A stretch of DNA of 64,000 nucleotides. It comes from Podarcis bocagei. Taxonomy: Eukaryota. Below the pieces are notes generated by a model, which saw only the letters and a list, made by a program, of their open reading frames with translations, had not been told where the DNA came from and made no database searches. Location: NCBI GenBank assembly GCA_964188305.1, contig OZ076890.1; one strand, written 5' to 3'. This document shows positions 25,150 through 36,567 of this stretch, piece after piece. The first letter of the stretch is position 1. Each line of letters starts with the position of its first letter. Both the position numbers and the translations under genes were made by a program.

Positions 25150-25385
25150 GTGTGCAAAAGAGGCTCCTCTAAACAAGGGCAGAGCATATTCCTCACTGGC
25201 AGATTCTGGTAGGCTTATATGCGTAGAAGCAGTATTGCCGTCCGGAGCCATTTAAGGCTTTATAGGTCAAATCCAGTGCTTTGAATTTGGCCTGAGAACT
25301 AACTGGTAGCCAGTGTAGTCAGGCCAGGATCGGTGTAATATGCTCAAACCATCTTGCCCCAGTGAGTAACCTGGCTGCCGAATCT
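25150..25385 (-). mobile_element. L2 LINE ORF2 C-terminal fragment
   Basis: The minus strand reads LHWLPVSSQAKFKALDLTYKALNGSG, the typical L2 motif. Confidence 0.8.
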
Positions 25386-27151
25386 TCCCTGAGATGATAC
25401 ACATTGGTAAGAAGAGGTATGACAAGGCTGGAATTAGGAGGATTCATAGCTATGAACATCATCTGCCTGTATTCCTCAACTTTGGTTTCCTGCTTCCTAA
25501 ATGTTGGGACTGGACTTCTTATTCAATCCATATCTAAGACTTTATTAAAGTGCTGTGCCAGCGCCCCAATAATCTTTGGGAATGGAGCTTGTCATAGTCG
25601 TATCTTTTGTCGCTCTGTGCTGGCTTTTTCCAGTCAGTTTCCAGAGATGGGTAGCCAATTGAGAACTTCAACAGCATCCCGTAATAACATCCATACCAAC
25701 AGTATTGTTACACATGGATGCTGGACATTCATGTTCAGTTTTGCTCACTTAAGGACATGACTGTTTATAGAACAGCCTTTTCTCCTCCCTCCCTCTGCAG
25801 TCTATTCCATCCCCAAACCATCAGACCTACTTTGCAGGTCTTCCCAGAGCTGCCGACTGTCAGAACAACTTCAGCTGCAGCAGCGATGGGCCCCATGCCA
25901 CCAGCAGCATCCATGGCCTTCCAGCGGCTGACAAGGACTAATTAGGAAATGAAACATTAGTTAAGTCGCTCTCAATTAGGGCCGGGATAACGTTTTCCTG
26001 GCAGCGCTGGGGCGCTTTAACTGCTGGTCCCACGATGACGGTGAGCACATCAGACTTGCTGAAGGAGCTTTAATGTTTAACATATGTTGGAGGATTACAG
26101 AAAACCTTTCAGCTGTGACATTTTCTGTGTGCTCCCTGCTTTTTCTATCCCCTGCAGCAAACACTGAATGGTGAGAGCTACAGCAAAAGAAAGACGCTCA
26201 AAGCAATTGCCAACGAGGAAAGAAAAAAAACCCCACCACACATTTTAATGCATGCTTGTGATGAACAGTCATCTCTCCTCCTTGCAAAAACCAAACCAAC
26301 AAGTCTCTAACCAAGACCAAGCTCTGATACGTTTCCTATTACCAAAGCATTAAAAAATGGGGAGGCCAAGAGAGAGGTGAGGTTTGAATTTCAACAAAAA
26401 ACAGATGTAAAGGACCTCAGAGAACAGAAAGCAATAAGCAAAAACTGAATCCCCACGAATAACACATTTTTTAAAAAAAGCTTGTTACCATAGAGGAAAA
26501 TTTTATTTGGGGTGGGGTATAATAGAAAACTAAAATCTCTATGTACAAACACACAGGCTTTTCATGCAGTGGAACAGCTTGTATGAGATGTGACAGCAGA
26601 AATTAAACATAATTGGAAGTGAAGATTCAGATTCCAGGCTCCCTTGGAAAAATGCACCAATCATAGCTTCAAGGGTAATATTGTTAAATATTTATTATTA
26701 GTAGTATTTTTTACATTTATAAGTCACTTTAGACAAAGGGGAAAGTCTCAAAGTGACCTGAAAAGACAAGGCAAGATAAAACATGAAGAGCACATGTTCT
26801 GCAGGCAGAGGGTCTCAAGTTCAATCACTATCATCTCCGGTAGGAAGGATCAAGTAGTAGTATGAAAGAGCTCCCTCTGCCTGAGACCCTACAAAGCTGG
26901 ACAAATAGTCCAATAAAAACAACTTAGCTATGGGGCTGGGGCACTGAAGATCACACCTGCATTCAAATGTAGCCCTCTCCTTTGATTTTGGCCCATTCCA
27001 TAGATTGCAGGATGGACTTGGCTGTGAAATGGCAACTGTAGAACAGGGGTTGGGAGTCTGTGCTTCCCCAGATTTTGTAGGACCACCCCAGCATAGTCAA
27101 GGATGATGGGAGTCCAGCAAGAGAGCTACAGCTTCCTCACCTCCACTATAG

Positions 27152-27309
27152 CAGAGGTGGATTTAGGGGAACGTCACCTGTTCACCTACACTGGGCACCA
27201 AGAGGCAACAATGACGAACAACAAAAAGTGAGAGGTGGGGGTGAGGAGTGCCAAATGTTGGTGTCGCACAAGGCACTGTTGAAATTCTAAAGCCCAAAAT
27301 CTGCCACTG
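27152..27309. mobile_element. hAT-type MITE
   Basis: TIRs CAGAGGTGGATTT / AAATCTGCCACTG. No clean TSD. Confidence 0.55.
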
Positions 27310-27639
27310 GATGTAGACTGGCTCTCATAAACGAACTATATGAGAAGATGGTAGAATAGTTTGGTTGTTGGGCTTGGCTTGGTCATGAAGTTCAAACTGG
27401 ATGGGTTTAATGTATCTCTCAGCCTAACACATCTCACACGGCTACCTATCTGTAACATCTCACAGGGTTCTGGTGAGAGTTTGCGAGAAGGACACACTGC
27501 AAAGTGTGCCTTGTGTAGTTTGACTATGAATAAGGGAAACTGAAGTCAGTTGGAGCTTTTCTACTAACAGCAAACCTAGATGTGATGTTAACTATGTCTC
27601 CAAGAAATTTACTTCTCTGGGTGGACATGCAAGGGATTG

Positions 27640-27707
27640 TGCTATTACTGCATCTGATTGTGAAGGTGATTAGTGCTATTGTTGCATCTGATTGTGAAGG
27701 TGATTAG
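27640..27707. repeat. 34-bp tandem duplication
   Basis: TGCTATT(AC/GT)TGCATCTGATTGTGAAGGTGATTAG x2. Confidence 0.92.
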
Positions 27708-28640
27708 TATCTGCTGTTTTTTATTCTTTTTTTCAAAATTATGTTATGTTGATTTCATAGGGTGCTCTCTATCTCTTGAATTATGCAATATAACAAACGT
27801 TCCATATTTCAACATTTTGTAAATGTCTCCAGAGTTCCCAACTCGATGCCTCCTCCCAAGACCTCTCCACATACAGGGAGACTAGATGCCTGGGAAATTC
27901 GTGCCTGCTGTCCCTAATCCAATTTCTGAGTACTGTATTCACCTACTTTTTCTGTACAGTGTTGTGTTTACAAGCTGTACGTGCATAGGCTTTGTATGCA
28001 GAATCTGTTCGCTGCAGCGTACAAATCATGCAGGCAGATCCTATATGTGTTCAGCTTCTGCACAGACAATGAGATTAATTTTCAGTGGTTTGGGTGGGGT
28101 CAACAGGTATGAGCTTTACACATACACCAGTGTTCATTCTCTCTGGTAAGTCAGTAGGGCTCCACTAGATTCTGATTGAAAGGGGGAAGATAGTTCCTCC
28201 CCTTTGTCCCTTTCCCAAGGTCCTGCTTCTAAAATCCCCCCAAAGGCCATTGATTTCATCAAGTGTTTTCTACACAAATGTCTTCAGAATTTTCCAAGTG
28301 AAACATCATTCATTGATATTGTTCTGGATTCCTTTAAGTTCAATTGAAGCTTTTCATTAGATTGTGATGATCTCATAGGATTACAGAACTTGCTTCAGAT
28401 GCAAAAGGTCAAAAATTCACAGCAGTGCCACAGCTTTACGAAGTTCATACACTATTGTTTCCAGAACAGGATCCTGATTTGACAATTATCTTTTCTTTTT
28501 CTGTAAATAAAATGTATGTCTACGTGACTACTTGGCTAACTATGAACTTTAATATTCCTAAACAGGCAAACCTTTCTTCAGAATCAATTGTAGAAGGCCC
28601 TGAGACAGGTTAGTGTGTGTAAATATTTAACAAAATTTAA

Positions 28641-28778
28641 GAAGTGGCTTAGTCATGCTGGCCACATGACCCAGAAGCTGGACGCCGGCTCCCTCGGCCA
28701 ATAAAGCAAGATGAGCACCGCAACCCCAGAGTTGGTCACGACTGGACCTAATGGTCAGGGGTCCCTTTACCTTTACCT
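28641..28778 (+). mobile_element. Sauria SINE, 5'-truncated
   Basis: GCTTAGTCATGCTGGCCACATGACCC...GCAACCCCAGAGTTGGTCACGACTGGAC...(CCTTTA)n tail. It aligns to the full copy at 63628. Confidence 0.92.
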
Positions 28779-29106
28779 AACTTAAATTTGCACCTTCTTA
28801 CGATTTCTAGCGGATGATTATCCTACTGTAAATGCATTATCTGTTAGTGTCAGAAAAGTTAGCTGATAAAAAAATAAATTAATAGAGGAAAAGGGTTTTT
28901 CCACAACTTCCATTTCTCCCATGAATGAAACTTCATTGAGAATGACTGAATGGCTCCCTTTGTGGGCAGGATAAATTTACCTGCATTAGCAAATACACTT
29001 TTCTTTCAGTAAGCATGAATACATTTCCATTGGCAAGAGACTCAAAAGTCAACAAGTTACTTTTACTACTGAAAATTTCTAAATGATTCTGTAAAATTTT
29101 AATTTG

Positions 29107-29508
29107 GCTGCATTCACATGCATACTAAGCTTGGTTTATGAAACCATACAGTTTGTGAATTGTTTGATAGTACAGCTACCCTGGATACTCGCACTTTTTC
29201 ATTTTGCACGAGTGTGTAAACAAACCACAATGGGACTAGTTTAATGTTATGCCCAAATCTAGGATTGTGATTTATTTCTACCCCAACAAACCACAGCAAA
29301 CTAATAGTGATTATCATTTTGGCAAAACAATCCACAATCCCAGGTTTGGATATAATGCATAGCTAGTCCCTTTGTGGTTGCTTACCCACTTGTACAAAGG
29401 AAGGAATGAAGTGGCAGTGCTTGAGCTGCATGGACTAGCACTCTGCTTGTGCACAGTATGGATCAATAAACAAGGGTTTGTGACTTAGCATTATGTGCAT
29501 ACATGGCC
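29107..29508. mobile_element. Old foldback (palindromic) MITE, possibly PIF/Harbinger-type
   Basis: About 29206-29273 (GCACGAGTGTGTAAACAAACCACAATGGGACTAG...CCAAATCTAGGATTGTG) is the imperfect reverse complement of about 29329-29395. GGC.../...GCC termini. Confidence 0.65.
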
Positions 29509-31819
29509 ATCATCTACGGTTACCTATTTCTGCAAAGATCATCTGTTCCAGAGGTATAAGGAAAAGACACATCCAGGCAATTATGTTTCACACCTTAAGG
29601 AGACATCCCTCTCCATTTCCTCACTTGCTTTCGGATACTTGAGGAATTCCATCAAATTCTGATATGAATTTATCTGATCCATGCTAATGGGCAAATCAGA
29701 ATATCTCTGCCTATCAAATTTTGCATTTATCTGAATGTTATTATGCACCTCCTGCCTCTATATAGCAAGATGTCTTTTAAAATGAGTATTTTGACGTTAA
29801 ATGCATTTAGAAAACGTGTGTTTTGAAAGAAAAACATGTTTATAAATACATATTGAGAAAATGGATTCAAAATTTCTTATTTAAATACATATTTAGATGT
29901 AAATTTTCATGCAGGTTTTTTTTTTTAAAAAAGTCAGCCGATTAATGTGGAAATGAGAGAAAAATGTAAGAGTGACACAGAATGGAAACAAACTGATCTT
30001 AATATACTGTTTAAAGGTTTAGGTGTAAGGGATGGTTCGAGAGGGATGTAAGAGACTAGTTAGTTACAACCTGTCATTGAAAAAGGAAGTGGAACATTGT
30101 GTTTTAATCTAATTATTCAACTTAAAACAAAATTTCTACACTACGTTGCCCTGAGCCATCCAAATATAAAGCATAAATATATAACATGTCACCCAAAGGT
30201 TAACTATTTTTATTTCCCAAGATGACTAGATACCAATCCATCACCGGAGGCACTTTTAAACCACAGCCATTTATTCAAACAAATGAATTGGTTTTAGCTG
30301 AAGCATGGCTAATGGGAACTGTAAATTAGCTCGCTCAAGAATAGCCACAAAGCCTGCCAGATGGGACACTGAAAGAGAAATGAACATGTGTGTCATCATG
30401 TACGGAAATCACATCAGGAGATCGGCTGCAGTTGCAAAGAGAGGAAGCATGTCTATAATTGTCCAAAAGCACTTTATTCCTTTAATGCTGCTTCCATGAT
30501 TTGAGCACACTTGAGGAGACAAAAGAGGGTGGGGAAAGCAGTTGAATTATTAATTCTGTGCAGACCCTGATAGTTTAGGAATATCAAGGACTTCAAAGAA
30601 CTCATGGAAAGAAGGCAGCCAGACAACTTCATCAGGGTCCAGTAACACATGAAATATGAGCCCAGGAGTGAAGACTCCCTGGCACAGGTGGAAGATAGGG
30701 CAGTTTGAAGGAAAAACAGAAGGGAAGGCAGGGGTCTTAAGAGGTCACTAGTAAAAAGGCAGAAGGGGGGAAATTAGCAATGGTAATAACTGCTACTCCT
30801 GAGGGGAAGAAGAGACTTCTGATACATTTCTGCATTCCATCTGTTACCTTTTACACATGAAAAGAAAACTATTTACAAATACATATAATGTCATCTTCAC
30901 AGTAGACAGGTAGCCTCATAGTGTAGTGATGGAATGAGGAGCTATCAGCACTGTTCTGCTTTATGGAAATGGGTGTTCTGTTTTAGATGTCAGGGGCTGC
31001 AATGGAACCTTCCATGTTGACAGGTGTCAGAAAGTGCATATCGCTTATGATCTAACCCACCAGGCGATGCCAACACAGCATTGGATTCCTTCCCTATGGA
31101 AGCAAAATTAAACTAAGATCCATATGTGACAGGGGTAGGGAAACTGTGGCTCTTCAGATGCTGTTGGACTCCAGGTCCCATCAGCCTCAGCAAGCATGGG
31201 GCAAATGTTAGGGGTGATGGGAGGTATAGTCTTTGCTGCGAGACCTGCTCCCTGCTTGGCTGGCCTTTTCCTATCTGGCCTGGTACACTCTGGCTGCAAA
31301 ACTTCTGCTTCTGCCAAAGGAACCAGAGACCACCCTTGCTTTGAGTCCTGCAAGACCTGCTGCTCAAGCTGTCTAGAGACCGTTGGGGTGGGGTATTGTT
31401 TGGGAGTTTTTGCTGGGATCAAGATTTAATTTTGGAAATATTTAAATTTTGGTGTTATTGGTTTTTGTGCGTTTATACCTTTCTTTATAGACCTTATTAT
31501 GTGAGGATTGTTTAGTTTCATTGCATACTTATTGTCATGTTTTTATTTACTGTTTATGACTACTTAAATGTTATTTTTGTAATTCTGTAAATCTTTCGAT
31601 ATTGTAAGCTAACAAGCATGGTTTAACTTTGGAAAGGTGGCAAGCAAATAAACAATGATGAAGATAGTCCAGCAACATCTGGAGGACCTGAGTTTTTCTA
31701 TATGACAAAAGTGACCAGGGCAATAATTGTCCGATCACAGATATCCCCTTACTGAGTGCTCCAGCTGGAATTTGCCATTCAGCATCATATGCTTTTGGAT
31801 AAGACTGATGATCTATAAA

Positions 31820-31968
31820 CAATCTGCTTTGAAATCTGGTTCAGCACTGAAACCACTTTGGTTGCCCTGATGCTGGGATAAAGACAGGGAGAGTATGATC
31901 TTGTTAATCCTTCTAGCTCTCTTAGGTGCTTTTGACACCATTAAGCTTGGCATCTTTCTGGGTTGAGG
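31820..31968 (+). mobile_element. L2 reverse-transcriptase fragment (frameshifted)
   Basis: Encodes STETTLVAL...DRESMILLILL.L..AFDTI, the L2/CR1 RT motif LLDLSAAFDTI. Confidence 0.75.
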
Positions 31969-32659
31969 ATTGGGTGCTCCTATCATCATTGAGCTCCTCT
32001 GCATGTTTTATTTTCTCAGGTAAGCACTCCTTGTTCCACTCCCACAGCCTTCCTTTTGCATAGATTCCCTGCCTTATGGAATTTCTTCTCCACTCCCTGC
32101 AACCCACTATTGGGGGTTTCTTGGCCCTGTGACCTTCCTTTCCAACTCCTGCTACTTCTGTTCCTTCCCTTCTGAGGCAAAGCTTCTCTCCTGCTCATCC
32201 CTCTGTCCCTGTGCTCCTCCAGGCTCTTTCTCTTGCAAAATCTCCTTTCTCTACCCTCCACCTTTCTGACTCTGGCCTCTCCAGAGCTATCACCCTACCT
32301 GCTTTGTCTCTCACAGTTTGGGACTCTCCTGGGAAGTGCAGCCAGCTGCTTTTTTATTCTTCAGCCATGTGCACATTCCTCAGTTCTGACTGTGGTGCCG
32401 GGAGGATGCCTCCCTTCCGGAAGGCTCATCAATCCTGCTGGCAGCTGCGGAGCTGGCTCCTGACATGGATTATCACCCAATAACAATCTGATTTAATAAC
32501 ATGTCCATTGGTTAAGACTTCCTCTGTACCTTGGGCATTTTGTGCCTGGCTTATGCCAACTTTAGTACTCGTACCTATTTTCATCTCACCCGGTGTACCA
32601 GTGGATATATCACTGTCTAAATAAATCTCCAATCCTGTTTGAATCTCATTAATCACTTA

Positions 32660-32965
32660 GCCTCAATTACATCTCTTGACAGTGAGTTCCACCGATGCAC
32701 CTTTACGCACTGTGTACAAGTACACTTCCTTTACAAAGCTGCATTTTTAATATTTAAATTTAATTGATGTTCCTCTTTTGTGTTCTGCTCGAAAAGTAAA
32801 TAGAAGCTGTTGATTGACCTTCACGATTCTGTTCATTATTTTCACACCTCTATCACGTCTCCTCTTATTTGTCTCTGCTGAAGTAAATACGACTAATCTT
32901 CTTAATCTCTCTTTATAAGGAAGCCTGTTAAAGACTCTAATCATCCCCATTGCCCTTCTCTTAGT
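32660..32965 (-). mobile_element. Ancient CR1 ORF2 C-terminal fragment
   Basis: The minus-strand translation MIRVFNRLPYKERLRRL...KRR matches the CR1 motif LPYEERL..LGLFSLE.RRLRGD. Confidence 0.7.
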
Positions 32966-33484
32966 TCTTTCTATTTTTACTGTCTATCCTTTTGGAGAAA
33001 GGGTGTGTGTAGCATCTTTGAGCATAGTATACAAAACACATTTCTTATTCATTTTATAACAGTTGCTTATCTCACCCTCCCAATACCCTTCTTTCCCCCT
33101 TTTAAAAGACATGCATTATGCAGGGTAGTAAATGACTGGAAAAGGAGGTGCAGAAAAAACTATAAATTGTAGATGACAAACCTGAAACATGGGTGCCACA
33201 AGTGGAATAGGCAGCAACGTGGTAACAGGATCAGTACTGTTTGTGGATTAGATATGAAATTGAACCAGGCATGCACTGGTGCTTTTTTTTTTTTTTTTAC
33301 TTGCTCAGTTGCCAGGGGGGCACCTATGCATTGTAGCACACACTGCAGTGGTGCTATATCATACTTTGGACAAATTGTAGCAATGCCATTGGAGTTTTAA
33401 TTATCTGATTTGAAATATGAATTTGTTGAGTTGCTAATAGCCAGATACCTCTATGCTTGTGGGCTACCCAATGGCATGTGCCTT

Positions 33485-33855
33485 CAGACAGATTGGGCCT
33501 TTCTGGGGGTTTCGCCTACCTCACGGCAAGTGTCACAACTTTATGGTGAATCCATTGGGCTGGATCTTTAATTGAACCAGACAGGGGGTGCCCCTTGCTC
33601 CTTGGGATCAAGGTATCCCTTTAATGGGATCCTGGGGGAAGTGGTTTTATCCTGATGCCCAGATGGGAGCTGACAGGCTATAGGACACCAAGTGGTGACC
33701 TTGAGGGGGTTGCCCTGATTTGATGTTCTCCATAGGGCAACTCTTAACCATGTCTAGCATCCACCAGCGATCAAGCTGGTTGATGTCAGGATATGCATCC
33801 AATGCTGATGCCAAAACCTGCTAACTTCTATAATCAATAAAAGTTGTGGTCTGTA
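33485..33855 (+). mobile_element. Non-coding element copy B (5'-truncated relative of 21429-22216)
   Basis: GGTTTCGCCTACCTCACGGCAA.TGTCACAACTT (33508-33541), ATCCCTTTAATGGGAT hairpin, GTTGCCCTGAT, CCAATGC..GCCAAAACC and AATAAAAGTTGTGG (33836-33849), in the same order as copy A. Confidence 0.7.
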
Positions 33856-35794
33856 TGAAATCCCGATATGGTTGTCTTTAGTTACAACTAACATCATGAC
33901 TGCCCCATCCTATCCACAGATCCATTGTGCCTGGGCCCATAAGTAAGCTTCATTGAGTCAATAGGACTTACTTCCAGCTAAGTGTGCAAGACTTAGTTGT
34001 GATGCATGTGTGAAACATGGATCCTTATAGGATTGGTCCATCTAATTTGCTATTGGCCTCACTGACTGGCAGTGACTCCAGAATTTGAGGCAGGAACTTT
34101 CCCTACCCAAAGACACCAGATACTAAATGTTGGACCTTCTGAATTCAAAGCATTTGCTCCACCACTGCAAAAGGAGAAGCTTTGAAAATAACAACAGACA
34201 AAACAAAACTACTATGACTGAGATGAATCAGTGATAACACTTGGGTCAATTCCATTTTTTCCCCTGCAAACACAAGGATGCTGTTTTCCTCTAAGGCACT
34301 GAAACCCTCTTGTGTTTCTGAGAGAGGCCTCAGTGGTGGTTGGATTTCCAAGCAGCTTGCCAACATCACTGGTTCTAAAACTAAAATTCCAGGGGCAGGG
34401 TAGTGGTAAAATGAAAAGCATATGAGTGTGCGTGCTTCAACATTACAAGCTGGTAGATAATCCTTAGTAAACAAATACGCTTTGTTCAAACACATGCCTA
34501 GAAATTCATAAATATCAAACTGATTCCATAGAGCTGAAGGGAGTTCCCCCTTCAATTTTGAACTATAGTACAGTTGCTAAGAAAGTACCCTACCAATCTC
34601 CCACTTTAATACTCTTGCTGTATTGACATTGACTCTTTCCCCTATCTTTTGCTTTGAAAAAACAGGGATCAATCAGCTAAACTAAACAGTTTCAACTGGA
34701 GAAATTTCAGTATAGCCTACTCCTCCTCTTCTAATGTCAGGATTGTAACCAAATTGTTTTGTGGATACAATCATTTTCCATGGTTGCAAAGAACCTTTGG
34801 GGAAGCAGTTCAGTTCTACCATGCACCCAGCTTCCTTTCATGTTTACTGTGTATTTCGTGTGTATCACATGTGCTCTCTCTGTATGCTTTTCCTGGGGCT
34901 ATGATCATAAGAAGTTTCCTTCCCTGTCACATGTACTATATGTTGAAATCTGTGATCTACTATTAATAAAAACAGGTAGTGTGTGAACTGAAAATGAGAG
35001 TGGGTTTTGAAAGCACATTTTTAGAAACACAATAAATGTTTTCCTTTCATTTCCTTTCAAATGTGCCTGCATTCTCAATGTTTCATTTTTCTTCTTTTTA
35101 ATGGTTAAGAAAAACTGATAACCAAAATTTTTAGATTCCCAATAGAAATAGATATACACACACCGCTACCAACAAGCCCTGGTTTCATTCATCAAAACTT
35201 GCTTTCCTTTTTTTTAGAAAATAGAAAGAATTTTATCAGGGTGGAAAATCTTTCATAATTTTTTATTTGGAGGAATGATTGTTTGAAAAAAGAAAACTGT
35301 TTCCATTAGAAAACTTTTGATGGACTCATGGTAGATGTGACTCTGTAGGTAGCAATATACTTAGAATGAAGCAATACATTTAGAGGAGAGCCAGGGAGGA
35401 TAATCAATCTAGAGGCTGGCTTATCAGATGAGAGTGTTGGTCTTCTGTGCATTTATGAGGGATAGACCTGCTTAGTATTTTGCTCATGATGTGTTCTCCT
35501 ACCTCTGTGAACCAAAATGACTCTCCTCTGATTCTAGAGTATGCATCTTAATTTAGTTTGCTCATAAATACCTTGTTAAGCAATAGTCCAGCCTCTAGAG
35601 ATCACACCAAGAGTTCAGTTTCACACCCCTGTCAATTCTCTGTACTGTACCCAAGCGAAAGTAAGGAGGTCCAGCTTACACTGGCCATAAAGTCTATTAA
35701 TCTCTGAATGAATGTGTATTTTTGCAACATATTCAGCTCCATCAGCAGTGTAGCATTTCCATTATTTTCCTTAAGGCAAGCCATGTCAAGAGTA

Positions 35795-36567
35795 CAGTGG
35801 TGCCTCGCAAGACAAAATTAATTCGTTCCGCAAGTTTTTTCTTCTTGTGAGTTTTTCGTCTTGAGAAGCACGGTTTCCCATAGGAATGCATTGAAAATCA
35901 ATTAATGCGTTCCTATGGAAACCGCTTGCCAGGCTGGCGGTGTGGAGAAGGGCTTTTCTCCCCACCGCAAGCCTTCAGGACAGGTACGGGAACAGAGGGG
36001 AAGGGGCGCAGCGCTTCTCCTCTGTTCCCGGGGCTTGCGGTGGGAGGAGGGTTTTTCCTCCCCACCGCCAACATTCAGAACAGCATTCTGAATGTTGGCG
36101 GTGGGAAGGAAAACCCTCCTCCCACTGCAAGTCTTCAGGACAGCCTTCCGAAGCCTGGCGGCGGGAGGAGGTCTCTCCGCCCCACCGCCAGGCTTCGGAG
36201 CAGCCCTCCGAAGGCTGGCGGTGGGGTGGAGAGACCTCCTCCCGCCGCCAGGCTTTGGAGCAGCCTTCCGAAGGCTGGCTGCGGGAGGAGGTCTCTCCGC
36301 CCCACCGCCAGGCTTCGGAGCAGCCTTCCGAAGGCTGGCGGCGGGAGGAGGTCTCTCCGCCCCACCGCCAGCCTTCGGAGGAGGTCTGAGGACAGTGGGG
36401 AAGACGCGCTGCGCTTCCCCGCTGTCCCGGAGATTTCCCTATGGGCTTTTGTCTTGCGAAGGAAGCCCATAGGGAAATTCGTTTTGCGAAGCGCCTCCAA
36501 AATGGAAAACCCTTTCGTCTAGCGGGTTTTCCGTCTTGCGAGGCGTTCGTCTTGCGGGGCACCACTG
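35795..36567 (+). mobile_element. Young Tc1/mariner-type MITE (CAGTGGTGCCTCGCAAGAC family) with a GC-rich internal hairpin array
   Basis: TIRs CAGTGGTGCCTCGCAAGAC / GTCTTGCGGGGCACCACTG, TA TSD (35793-94, 36568-69) and repeated subterminal TTCGTCTTGCGA motifs. Confidence 0.93.
36141..36380. repeat. Four 60-bp tandem hairpin units; unit 2 has an inverted core
   Basis: Units start at 36141, 36201, 36261 and 36321: CAGCC-TCCGAAG(C/G)CTGGCGG-core-CCGCCAG(G/C)CTTCGGAG. Confidence 0.95.

Noticed and set aside
36141-36380. CRISPR-like look (palindromic repeats at a fixed period)
   Set aside because: The apparent spacers are copies of one sequence rather than unique, there are no cas genes, and the context is a vertebrate MITE.
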